Notes: generated by a model not told the origin, from the letters alone. A stretch of DNA of 64,000 nt from a virus (IMGVR_UViG_3300029319_009305:32001-96000), one strand, 5' to 3'; numbered from the stretch's first letter, positions 7,913-15,761 are shown. Numbers and translations: made by a program.

Positions 7913-8211
7913 CAACACTCAAGACAACCAATCAACACTACAAAAATCTGACAGTGGTCAAGCAACCACTGCCTGAGACCTCTGAGGGCTGTATGATGAT
8001 CTGTCGCACAGGATATATAAATCCACACTACGAATGCACAGGAAGATAAGACGCTACCCAAAAGGTCCTCTGTATCAGGGGCGCAAGATGAAAATGAGTG
8101 AATCTCGATTCATTTTAGACACAAAGTACTGTCAGACGACGATAAAAGACGGCAATATGACGAAAGTGCGCGCCCTAGAGTGAAAATCCGCGAAAAAAGA
8201 CACATATCTCC

Positions 8212-8239
8212 TGCAAAAAGCGGAGAAGCGTGTTATAAT
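8212..8239 (+). promoter_or_regulatory. early promoter (copy 12)
   Basis: TGCAAA-N16-TATAAT, ACCAACCAATAAGGAG, ATG 8269. Confidence 0.85.
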
Positions 8240-8268
8240 AGAACTATACCAACCAATAAGGAGTAAAA

Positions 8269-8559
8269 ATGAAGGCAAAAAACATGAGCAAGCTGATGGA
8301 ATACCTCGACACACTGACGCCTCTCGAGAAAATGGAAGTCGATCGAGCGAAGTCGGCATACATGGGTGCAGTTTGTGGAGAGACTCAAGCATACGTTGAA
8401 GCGAAGGAAGCGTACGACGAAGCGAGGGCGCATCTCGATATCAATGATCCGGATGAGCGAGAAGTTTTGACGACTCTGTTGAAGAGCATGATGGACGCAC
8501 AGAGTAACGTGCTTGTCATTGCTAAAGAGCTCGAAACACACTTCAACATCATAGCATAG
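8269..8559 (+). CDS. hypothetical helical protein
   Basis: Promoter and AAGGAG RBS. Confidence 0.75.
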   Translation: MKAKNMSKLMEYLDTLTPLEKMEVDRAKSAYMGAVCGETQAYVEAKEAYDEARAHLDINDPDEREVLTTLLKSMMDAQSNVLVIAKELETHFNIIA

Positions 8560-8568
8560 GGGAAGATT

Positions 8569-8778
8569 ATGACAGACGTACTTCAAGCTTTGTATAATAC
8601 TATGGTTCTGTTGATCGGACTCGCGACGGTTTTTTCTGCCGGCATGATTATGTTTGCTTTCATTCAGTACTTCTCAAACGCAGGACGCATGCATTCAGAA
8701 GAGAAGCTGATCCTCAAGTATTCAGTCCCAGGTTTGCTCATCTCGTCGACGATCTTGTGCGTGACGTTACAATGTTAA
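8569..8778 (+). CDS. small two-TM membrane protein
   Basis: AGGGGA RBS; two hydrophobic segments. Confidence 0.65.
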   Translation: MTDVLQALYNTMVLLIGLATVFSAGMIMFAFIQYFSNAGRMHSEEKLILKYSVPGLLISSTILCVTLQC

Positions 8779-8812
8779 GACGAATACAAGTCATCTCGTT
8801 CCCGGGCGTAAG

Positions 8813-9124
8813 ATGACGCTTCAGGTTGACGTTGCTGAAGACGAGAATACCGGGCAGCCTCTGCGCGTGGGGGATCTCGTGCGCATGAAATATAGTATGG
8901 CGTGGCATATGCCATTACGTCTACCCGAGAAGGCTAACGAACGACTTAAGCTGGGGATGGTAGTCAAAATAAGAGGTGGAAATTTCGGTGGTGACAAACC
9001 TGCGTCACCTGATCTAGCGCACCCGTGGAGGAATCATGTAGTTATTCTAATACCATCGATGGGATTTGTGGAGGTTTCACAAGACAAGTGGTGGAACTCA
9101 GTGCGTTGGGTAGCAAGTCTTTAA
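8813..9124 (+). CDS. 'VGDLV' SH3/KOW-like protein
   Basis: PLRVGDLVRMK...LGMVVKI pattern. Confidence 0.6.
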   Translation: MTLQVDVAEDENTGQPLRVGDLVRMKYSMAWHMPLRLPEKANERLKLGMVVKIRGGNFGGDKPASPDLAHPWRNHVVILIPSMGFVEVSQDKWWNSVRWVASL

Positions 9125-9345
9125 ACGCACACACAAATACACGAGAGCCTTTACAATCAGGCGATCTCGTGCTCATCTTTGACTTGAGTTTGACGATCTA
9201 CGAATTAGGGTTGGTCTTGTCTGTTACTCGCATTAACACTGACAAGACTGATCGCGATCCTTTCAGATATCACATCCTGTGGCGAGAGGGAATGATCAGC
9301 AAATTAATCCGGCTCGATCCGGACTACTTAATTCAGCGCTTATAG
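9025..9345 (+). CDS. 'GDLV' SH3/KOW-like protein (start uncertain)
   Basis: PLQSGDLVLI...LGLVLSV...YHILW pattern. Confidence 0.5.
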   Translation: MEESCSYSNTIDGICGGFTRQVVELSALGSKSLNAHTNTREPLQSGDLVLIFDLSLTIYELGLVLSVTRINTDKTDRDPFRYHILWREGMISKLIRLDPDYLIQRL

Positions 9346-9376
9346 ACGACATAGCTCGTCCTCGTGCGCGAGACAC

Positions 9377-9402
9377 AAAAAAGCCGGACGAGAGGTCCGG
9401 CT
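9377..9402 (-). terminator. intrinsic terminator at the convergence of the two early arms
   Basis: AGCCGGAC-GAGAG-GTCCGGCT hairpin with A-tract on the left (U-tract on minus strand). Confidence 0.75.
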
Positions 9403-9413
9403 ATAGTCGAGAA

Positions 9414-9539
9414 CTAGTCTTCGAAAATGTGCGTGTATTCGATACCTTGCGTTCTGAGATGCTTGACGAAAGCTAGCGCTTCGCTGATCTTAGCTGCTGG
9501 GAAGGTGGCTGTACCGACGGGTGTAGTGATGATGTGCAT
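9414..9539 (-). CDS. micro-protein, 41 aa
   Basis: MHIITTPVGTATFPAAKISEALAFVKHLRTQGIEYTHIFED; GGA upstream; lies between the 9544..9810 stop and the terminator. Confidence 0.55.
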   Translation of the reverse strand: MHIITTPVGTATFPAAKISEALAFVKHLRTQGIEYTHIFED

Positions 9540-9543
9540 GATG

Positions 9544-9810
9544 TTATCCATGGTTTGATGTTGAATGTTTTGCGAGCGCGATCGCGCGTGCCGGGATCGG
9601 CGTGTGCACACCGTACTTGACATGACGACGCATGACCTTGACGTATTCCCACTTGCCATCCCAGATCTGCTCGAGCTGAGTCTTGCATGCGTACGCCGAC
9701 TCACGTTCAGCGTAAACCTGCGTAGAGATTGTCACGCTCTCTTCAGTCGTTGGGTTGAACCGGCCGGCGATGACGAGCCATACTACGGGGATTTGTGTAT
9801 TGTTCTGCAT
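9544..9810 (-). CDS. hypothetical protein
   Basis: CAGGA RBS before MQNNTQ. Confidence 0.65.
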   Translation of the reverse strand: MQNNTQIPVVWLVIAGRFNPTTEESVTISTQVYAERESAYACKTQLEQIWDGKWEYVKVMRRHVKYGVHTPIPARAIALAKHSTSNHG

Positions 9811-9873
9811 GAGATATCCTGTGTGTGAGATGTCTTAGGTGTAGAGGGATAAAATGTAGACTAAAATAAACTC

Positions 9874-9906
9874 AAAAAAATGGTGCTGGGTTTGACCCCA
9901 GCACCA
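9874..9906 (-). terminator. intrinsic terminator
   Basis: TGGTGCTGGG-TTTGAC-CCCAGCACCA 10-bp stem with A7 on the left, directly after the stop of 9913..10404. Confidence 0.8.
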
Positions 9907-9912
9907 GATATC

Positions 9913-10404
9913 TTACTCCCCAGCGGGAGCTTCTGCTTCCTCCTCCTCGGGAGCAGCTTCGACGCTGTGCACCCAGCGACGTTGGAAGTTATTGACCTCG
10001 TGAGGCTCGACGACGACAGGGAACTTGTTCCCATCATCATCCAACTCGGACTTGATGCCGACCTGGCGCGCGAGACCCTTCTTCTCGAGCTGCTTGAGAG
10101 ACCAGAGGATATCCTCGCGGGAGGCCTCGACGAAGCGATTGATGGGTGCGGCTGCTGCCGCGAAGGAACCCGAGGTGGGCTTGATGGACCAGAATCGGAA
10201 GGACTGGCCTTTCGGGGTGGTGAAGAACTCGGTGAGCTCCTCGAGAACCGCGGCACGACGGGCCTTGACGGCTTCCCGCGCGATGGCCTTGGCTGCCTTA
10301 TCGGTGAAGACGGCTTCCCCGGACGCGTCGAGCGCGAGGTGGCCTTTGAGGGTGAGAGAGATGACCTGTGCGGTCGAGAGATTTGCGATTTGCTCGGGTG
10401 TCAT
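9913..10404 (-). CDS. putative winged-helix-like protein with acidic tail, paralog of 5755..6135
   Basis: Start MTPEQIAN behind ACCAACCAGGAG and its own promoter; GC-rich codons. Confidence 0.75.
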   Translation of the reverse strand: MTPEQIANLSTAQVISLTLKGHLALDASGEAVFTDKAAKAIAREAVKARRAAVLEELTEFFTTPKGQSFRFWSIKPTSGSFAAAAAPINRFVEASREDILWSLKQLEKKGLARQVGIKSELDDDGNKFPVVVEPHEVNNFQRRWVHSVEAAPEEEEAEAPAGE

Positions 10405-10456
10405 ATTGACTCCTGGTTGGTAGTTGAGCGATGTGGGAGAGTGTCCCTGTAATAAT

Positions 10457-10484
10457 ATTATACCGCGTGTCTGCCGGTTTTGCA
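10457..10484 (-). promoter_or_regulatory. early promoter (copy 13)
   Basis: Reverse complement CTCATGCAAA-N16-TATAAT. Confidence 0.85.
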
Positions 10485-10568
10485 TGAGCGGGATATCTGG
10501 GAGAGCTGGAAGTTTCCGGGAGGGGAGACTCGGCGGGAGGATGATGATCCATCCTGCCTTACATATAT

Positions 10569-10596
10569 ATTATAATAGGTCTCGATAAAATTTGCA
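10569..10596 (-). promoter_or_regulatory. early promoter (copy 14)
   Basis: Reverse complement CTCGTGCAAA-N16-TATAAT. Confidence 0.8.
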
Positions 10597-10800
10597 CGAG
10601 CTCGACAGGGTGGGAGGGCGCCCTGCATCTCACGCAGCTTTTCGAGCGCTTGGACGCGCCCTCACGACGACGTCATTTAGCCCCTATAGCGCGCGCTGTC
10701 AAATTTTGCACGACGGGGGCCTTAGAGAGGGCCGGGGGGCGCGCCCTGGGGCCGCCAGCCCATGGGGGCGGCGTGCGAGCCCCGAGGGCGGCTAAGGGCG
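10597..10800. repeat. GC-rich palindrome cluster
   Basis: CGAGCTCG 10597, AGGGCGCCCT 10615, AGCGCGCGCT 10688, GGGCGCGCCC 10737, GCCGCC-AG-CCCATGGG-GGCGGC 10751-10772. Confidence 0.7.
10683..10710 (-). promoter_or_regulatory. degenerate early promoter (copy 15)
   Basis: Reverse complement CGTGCAAA-N16-TATAGG. Confidence 0.4.
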
Positions 10801-10960
10801 TTTTCTGCTCCTGAAATTTTCATAAACTTTTACCTACTGTTCTGCGTTCATAGTAATCATATTCGGTCATATTAAATTTTACATCACTAAAAAACAAATT
10901 TCTGCGGGCAAGAACTGTGGTTATTGAATTTTCTCACAAAAATTTCTCCGGAACTTTTTG

Positions 10961-11665
10961 AAAACTTTTCCTATTTATCTCTAAGGAGTTAACATGCGTA
11001 TAAAAAAAATAGACTTAAAATTACTAATAGAAAATTTAATGAATGAGGCAGTCAAAGACCCGGGTGACCAAAGATGGTCTGCGATCCGGATGATGCTTAA
11101 TGTAATTGATCAGAAAAAGTTGCCTGATTTTAGTGATCCTAAAACGTGGCAACCAAAAGATTGGGATGCTAATGACGATGCCTTGCTTAAAAAAGTTACT
11201 GGTGTAGACGAAATAGATGGCCTTGACTTTATGCAAGTTGGAAAATCTTTAAAGGCTAAGCTTGAAGCTGTTGTTATTGACAATGAAACTGGAAAGACTG
11301 GCAAGGACGCAAACTTATACGGTATGCTGATGAATTCGCTAGCAAGTGAGTCCAAGCCTAAAGAAGTTATTGATCAGGCTAAAAAAGCTAGCGAAAAGCC
11401 AGCTGAGCAATCTGATAAAAAAGCAGGGGACGTCTCTGGGCAGGAAGGTAAGATTATTCAAGATCCTAAATCGGCAGGATATCATTACAAAAAAGTTGGA
11501 GACAATTACTACATTATTAGTTCACCAAAGGATGCAAAAGTCTCAGAGAAAAATGCTAGCTTTGTCGATCCTCAGGCTATGAAAGGTGCATATGATGCAA
11601 TTAGTAAATTGTTTTGATCAGAAAATATTTTCTTAGCATTTTATAAAAACTTTTCCTATTTATCT
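10961..11665 (+). repeat. 20-bp direct repeat upstream of two adjacent genes, containing the candidate late promoter TATTTAT
   Basis: AAAACTTTTCCTATTTATCT at 10961-10980 and 11646-11665. Confidence 0.8.
10994..11617 (+). CDS. leader-family protein (putative internal virion protein)
   Basis: AAGGAG RBS; N-terminus MRIKKIDLKLLIENLMNE. Confidence 0.75.
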   Translation: MRIKKIDLKLLIENLMNEAVKDPGDQRWSAIRMMLNVIDQKKLPDFSDPKTWQPKDWDANDDALLKKVTGVDEIDGLDFMQVGKSLKAKLEAVVIDNETGKTGKDANLYGMLMNSLASESKPKEVIDQAKKASEKPAEQSDKKAGDVSGQEGKIIQDPKSAGYHYKKVGDNYYIISSPKDAKVSEKNASFVDPQAMKGAYDAISKLF

Positions 11666-11667
11666 AC

Positions 11668-12096
11668 ATGAAGATTAAGATTACAAAAATACAACTAAGA
11701 AATATTATTCGTGAGTCTATTGTAGACGATTTTTTAAAAGATGTAGAAGTAAATGAAGATTTACTGAAATTCGTTAGCAATTTTAATATTTTTAAAACAA
11801 AGGTTTTAAAAAGTTATGAAGGTTGGGTAAGGGGTAAAGAAGCTACAGCTGAAGAGCTTCAATCATATTTGTTAAGTTTAGACAAAGCTATGCCTGATCA
11901 ATATTCGGAAGGTTTTTTGATTGTCTTCAGCGCCGGGATAGGTATACTTGTTAGTAAGTGGGGTTTGAAATACCTTTCTCCCACGGGTTTGGTTGTGACA
12001 TGGGCTACACATAAAAATACCCTTATTGACGTTTTTAAGAAAAAAGGGCCCGAAGCTACTATGAACTTATATGTAGAATTATTTAAAAATTTATAA
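11668..12096 (+). CDS. leader-family protein
   Basis: N-terminus MKIKITKIQLRNIIRES; no SD, ATG 5 nt after TATTTAT. Confidence 0.75.
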   Translation: MKIKITKIQLRNIIRESIVDDFLKDVEVNEDLLKFVSNFNIFKTKVLKSYEGWVRGKEATAEELQSYLLSLDKAMPDQYSEGFLIVFSAGIGILVSKWGLKYLSPTGLVVTWATHKNTLIDVFKKKGPEATMNLYVELFKNL

Positions 12097-12149
12097 TATT
12101 GATGGAATGTAGTGTTACAGATTTATAATTATGCATAAGGAGAATATTA

Positions 12150-13193
12150 ATGAAGATTACAAGAAAACAATTGCGACGACTAGTTGAGGCTGAAGATTTA
12201 GGCGCCGAGGTGACGTCTCATCATCAGGGTACTAGAACTGTCCTTAAAAATGTTTACAATATGTTATCTAGTGAAATTAAAGCTAGTACTAAAGAGGTAA
12301 AAAGTAGTAATGAAGAGCTTAAAGCCTTGATTAATTCTTTATTATCTAAAGAAAAATCTAGAAAAGTTCGAAAAGGTAATGTCAGTGAATCCATGGACAA
12401 TAGAATGAAATTATCAAGCAGCCAATTAAGGCAATTAATTAGAGAGACAATCCACAAAACAATAGGAGACAAAATGAAACTCAATAGAAGACAAATCAGA
12501 CGCCTGATTGAATCGACTTTAAACGAGGCGTTGCCATCAGGATTCAATGTAGGACAAGGACAAAGAAATATTGCTGCTGACTTACTCAGGCAGCTAGCTG
12601 ATATATACGACAACATCGATGGTTATAGCAGTTTTGAAGAGGATTTCAACAAAGCACATGATGAAGCTAAACGCACCGGTGACGGCTATGTCCGACTCAC
12701 TCAGATTATTGGAATTAATTCGTATTTTTTGACAGTGTCTAGTGATTCCGAACTGAGTGATTTGCAGAGTCTAGACGTGGACAGCATTGCTGCGAATTCT
12801 CGTCGGCCTACAGGAAATCGAGATTATGATGAGCAAGTTCCTTTCTTTCGTGATCACGCAACTGACCCTGGGAAGTACACACTTGTCCGATTCATTGACG
12901 ACTGTAATAGAGCAGATCTAATGACCCGATTCGGAATTCAACAAATCGATAACCCGGTTTTTGATATTAACACGGGAGATCTCGTGGATGGAGGCCACGG
13001 TGAGGCTGAGCTTCAAAAGAGCGGTAATGCTCTGAGCATAATATATCCTGGCGACGGCAGGGCCCGCGGGAAGGTGAACACTGTGAGGGCTTCTAATCCT
13101 GGACTGGGTGTTCAATCAATTAGTAGAGGTGAGAAGTTCAGAAAAATTGCCGCACAAAAATGTCGAGAGCTAGCTGACGCACTGGAGCGGTAA
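12150..13193 (+). CDS. leader-family protein with three leader copies
   Basis: MKITRKQLRRLVE (12150), MKLSSSQLRQLIRE (12405), MKLNRRQIRRLIE (12474, own AGGAG). Confidence 0.8.
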   Translation: MKITRKQLRRLVEAEDLGAEVTSHHQGTRTVLKNVYNMLSSEIKASTKEVKSSNEELKALINSLLSKEKSRKVRKGNVSESMDNRMKLSSSQLRQLIRETIHKTIGDKMKLNRRQIRRLIESTLNEALPSGFNVGQGQRNIAADLLRQLADIYDNIDGYSSFEEDFNKAHDEAKRTGDGYVRLTQIIGINSYFLTVSSDSELSDLQSLDVDSIAANSRRPTGNRDYDEQVPFFRDHATDPGKYTLVRFIDDCNRADLMTRFGIQQIDNPVFDINTGDLVDGGHGEAELQKSGNALSIIYPGDGRARGKVNTVRASNPGLGVQSISRGEKFRKIAAQKCRELADALER

Positions 13194-13198
13194 TTTTG

Positions 13199-13873
13199 AT
13201 GAAACTTAACAGAAGACAATTAAGAAGACTTATTCGGGAAGCACTCGATGTAAGAGATCCAGCTGCTATAAAAAGATATCAAGAATTCAAGAAAAGCCGG
13301 CAGCCACCTGAGCTTGATGATGAATTTTATGACAGCTTTAAAGACGCTGAAGGGCGAATAGACCCTAAGCAATATGACGTTGCTGACAAGCACTATGATG
13401 CTGCATTAAAGCGTATTGCTGATCGGGAAGCACAGGAAGAAGGTTATGAAGATGCTGATGACAAGTTCAATGATGAGTGGATGAAAGAAATAGAAGCTGA
13501 GAATGCTGCACGTGATGAAAGAAATCGCCGGGCCCGGGAATTTGCCGGCATTGATAACCCAAATTTTGATGTAGAATATTATAGTAAATTTAACTTACAT
13601 AAGGGTTACGCTGAAAAAGCTCTGGCAAGTGGAAACGAGAAAGAATTTGAAAGTAACTATGGGAACATGGCTCTGTATGGAAACATGATGTATGGTCCTG
13701 AATCTAATCGTTGGAAAGAAGAAGAGGGAGTTCCAGAGTTAACGCAAGCTTATGAAAAAGTTGTTGCGGGTAGTACGATAGATCAACTTATTGATAGGGG
13801 TTTAGACGCAGACTTTTTTAATTATAAAAAATCGCCCACGCTTAAGGCACTTGGTTTATTTGATGATAAGTAG
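13199..13873 (+). CDS. leader-family acidic protein
   Basis: MKLNRRQLRRLIREAL. Confidence 0.8.
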   Translation: MKLNRRQLRRLIREALDVRDPAAIKRYQEFKKSRQPPELDDEFYDSFKDAEGRIDPKQYDVADKHYDAALKRIADREAQEEGYEDADDKFNDEWMKEIEAENAARDERNRRAREFAGIDNPNFDVEYYSKFNLHKGYAEKALASGNEKEFESNYGNMALYGNMMYGPESNRWKEEEGVPELTQAYEKVVAGSTIDQLIDRGLDADFFNYKKSPTLKALGLFDDK

Positions 13874-13887
13874 TTAGAGTTTGTTTT

Positions 13888-13955
13888 GGCGGAGGAGGAC
13901 CGTTAGGTCCTACTCAGCAATCGTAGAGTAAAAGTCGCGCCGGCGAGGCCGTGAT
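13888..13955 (+). ncRNA. candidate structured element
   Basis: GC-rich intergenic island in AT-rich DNA; hairpins AGGACC-GTTA-GGTCCT, TACTC/GAGTA and GTCGCGCC/GGCCGTGAT. Confidence 0.3.
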
Positions 13956-14024
13956 ATATTTAAATTTTCTCTCCTTTAATTTTTGGATTTTACTTTTTAA
14001 TCGGATAATTATGGGGAGGTTCTT

Positions 14025-14384
14025 ATGCTTGAATTTTTCAATATTAAGATGATATACGCAATTTGTTTTTTCGTGGCAGGTCATTGTTTAGGTTGGTACG
14101 CTCATAATTTACAATTTGTTAATGAATTTTGGAAAGACAAGGTTGTTCTTCCCACTATTATTTTTGGTATACCTTGTTTGCTCGCTTTTTGGTGGGGAAC
14201 TAAGTTTGCAATGGAGGCCTCTGGTGAGCTCTGGACAGCTCGTTTTGTTGCAGCCGTGTTTTCATACCTAACGTTTCCAATAATGACCTGGTGGTACCTT
14301 GGTGAATCCATGTTTACACTTAAGACAATATCTTGTGTGTTTCTTGCATTTTGTATTTTATTGATTCAAATATTTGTTAAATAG
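14025..14384 (+). CDS. four-TM small membrane protein (SMR/DMT-like)
   Basis: GGAGGT RBS; four hydrophobic helices; WYLGESM...K motif like a DMT half-transporter. Confidence 0.65.
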   Translation: MLEFFNIKMIYAICFFVAGHCLGWYAHNLQFVNEFWKDKVVLPTIIFGIPCLLAFWWGTKFAMEASGELWTARFVAAVFSYLTFPIMTWWYLGESMFTLKTISCVFLAFCILLIQIFVK

Positions 14385-14457
14385 TTTCAAAATTCTTGTA
14401 AACATTTATTTAAACGCTGTATTATTTTGCAACCTAATAAAAATAGAGGAGGTAAAT

Positions 14458-14625
14458 ATGCGTTATGCATTGTTAGTTATGCTTCTTGCATGTAGTGATG
14501 AAGTAGAAGATACTGCTGCAGTAGAAGAAGAACAAGAAGCTCAGGTAGAAGATACTTCTGTAGAGGAAGAAGTCGAAGGTGAAGAAGAAGAATCAGCTGA
14601 GGGTGAATCTGAAGGAGAAGAATAA
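14458..14625 (+). CDS. short acidic lipoprotein
   Basis: GAGGAGGT RBS; MRYALLVMLLAC lipobox followed by Glu-rich tail. Confidence 0.7.
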   Translation: MRYALLVMLLACSDEVEDTAAVEEEQEAQVEDTSVEEEVEGEEEESAEGESEGEE

Positions 14626-14626
14626 G

Positions 14627-14869
14627 ATGTTTTTATTTTTAATGATTCTTGCGTGTGAAAGTGAGACAACAACTGTTGAGACAACAGAGACGAGTACTGA
14701 TAATGTTCAGACGACTACTGAAGTTGACGTTGCTACAAAAAAGGTATCAGCAGAAACTAGTCAAGTTGTTGAATCTCAAAATACCCCACAAGACAATACG
14801 GTAATAACGGTTACTACAACTGAAATTCCCATGGATGAGTATACTGAAGAAGAAAAATCTAGTGATTAA
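14627..14869 (+). CDS. short Thr/Glu-rich lipoprotein
   Basis: MFLFLMILAC lipobox followed by T/E-rich low-complexity sequence. Confidence 0.7.
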   Translation: MFLFLMILACESETTTVETTETSTDNVQTTTEVDVATKKVSAETSQVVESQNTPQDNTVITVTTTEIPMDEYTEEEKSSD

Positions 14870-14898
14870 CTTACTTTAAACTACACATTCAAAAATTT

Positions 14899-14928
14899 AA
14901 CGCCGGCTAATGCCGGCGTTTTTATTTT
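14899..14928 (+). terminator. intrinsic terminator
   Basis: AACGCCGGC-TAAT-GCCGGCGTT followed by T-rich tract. Confidence 0.8.
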
Positions 14929-14976
14929 AAAAAATTAAAATTACTTGATAATTATAAGATAAAGGTGGAGATAAAC

Positions 14977-15372
14977 ATGAAGCTCACAAAAAGACAACTT
15001 AAAACTTTGATAGAAGGTATGTTTGATGACATGTCACTTCAAACAACTGGTCATGGTGAAGAACCTGGTTACGGTGACCCAAATCTTAGTCCGCACTTAG
15101 GTTTGTCTCCTGATTTAGAAGAACCTGGCGTGCATCCCTCAAGACAAATTGGTACCGGTCAAATGGATGAAGAGGGTATGAAATATTGGGGAAATTACAT
15201 ACTCAAAGAGCTTAATATGGGACCTTTGGATTTGGACAAATTACTTAATAAAGTTGCAGGTGATGATTCAGACGAAAGCATGCGTGACTCAATTTTGTCT
15301 GATCTGATGATTGTGATATCTAAATCAGATCAAATAGAGTTAGGTGAAGATCTTAACATAATAGCAAAGTAG
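14977..15372 (+). CDS. leader-family protein
   Basis: GGAG RBS; MKLTKRQLKTLIEG. Confidence 0.75.
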   Translation: MKLTKRQLKTLIEGMFDDMSLQTTGHGEEPGYGDPNLSPHLGLSPDLEEPGVHPSRQIGTGQMDEEGMKYWGNYILKELNMGPLDLDKLLNKVAGDDSDESMRDSILSDLMIVISKSDQIELGEDLNIIAK

Positions 15373-15384
15373 TAATAATTTAAT

Positions 15385-15409
15385 AAAAAAGCCTGCGATT
15401 GCAGGCTTT
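15385..15409. terminator. bidirectional terminator
   Basis: AAAGCCTGC-GATT-GCAGGCTTT between convergent genes. Confidence 0.75.
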
Positions 15410-15436
15410 CATCATTTCAATATAGTAATTTATTTA

Positions 15437-15646
15437 CTATTGATTATCTAGATGTTGATTAAGAAAACCTTGTAGGGCACGGGCTTCTTTAACAGTCATC
15501 GTAATTTGAGAACTAGATGTTGAATATTTTGATTCAGGAATTCTAGTTCCAATTGTAAATGTATTTGCACCTGCTTTGTGAGATCTAGTGTCTCTTCGAA
15601 TTCCAAAATTAAATCTTTTCGTGTTTTTAGATTTAGAATAGCTCAT
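15437..15646 (-). CDS. small basic hypothetical protein
   Basis: AAGGAG RBS; upstream sigma70-like promoter. Confidence 0.7.
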   Translation of the reverse strand: MSYSKSKNTKRFNFGIRRDTRSHKAGANTFTIGTRIPESKYSTSSSQITMTVKEARALQGFLNQHLDNQ

Positions 15647-15732
15647 ATGTTTTTACTCCTTTACTTTACTAAAACATAAACATTGGTTTTGTTACAAAAA
15701 ATTTATTAATTTTTAATTGAACCAATATTAAT

Positions 15733-15761
15733 ATTATAGCTAATTTTTATTACATTTACAA
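15733..15761 (-). promoter_or_regulatory. sigma70-like promoter
   Basis: Reverse complement TTGTAA-N17-TATAAT. Confidence 0.55.

Noticed and set aside
7909-8183. Micro-ORFs 7909..8049 (46 aa) and 8088..8183 (31 aa)
   Set aside because: No clear RBS; cannot be told apart from non-coding DNA at the skew switch
379-8239. Repeated motif as a CRISPR array or integron attC cassettes
   Set aside because: Spacing is irregular (237-1451 bp), the intervals are genes, and the repeats are non-palindromic promoter-like sequences; no cas1 or integrase is seen
9880-10452. Plus-strand ORFs 9880..10452 and 10025..10423
   Set aside because: Antisense shadows of the GC-rich minus gene, which has the promoter, RBS, terminator and a paralog
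10592-10795. 67-aa ORF in the GC island
   Set aside because: R/G/A-rich translation expected from GC-rich non-coding DNA; no RBS
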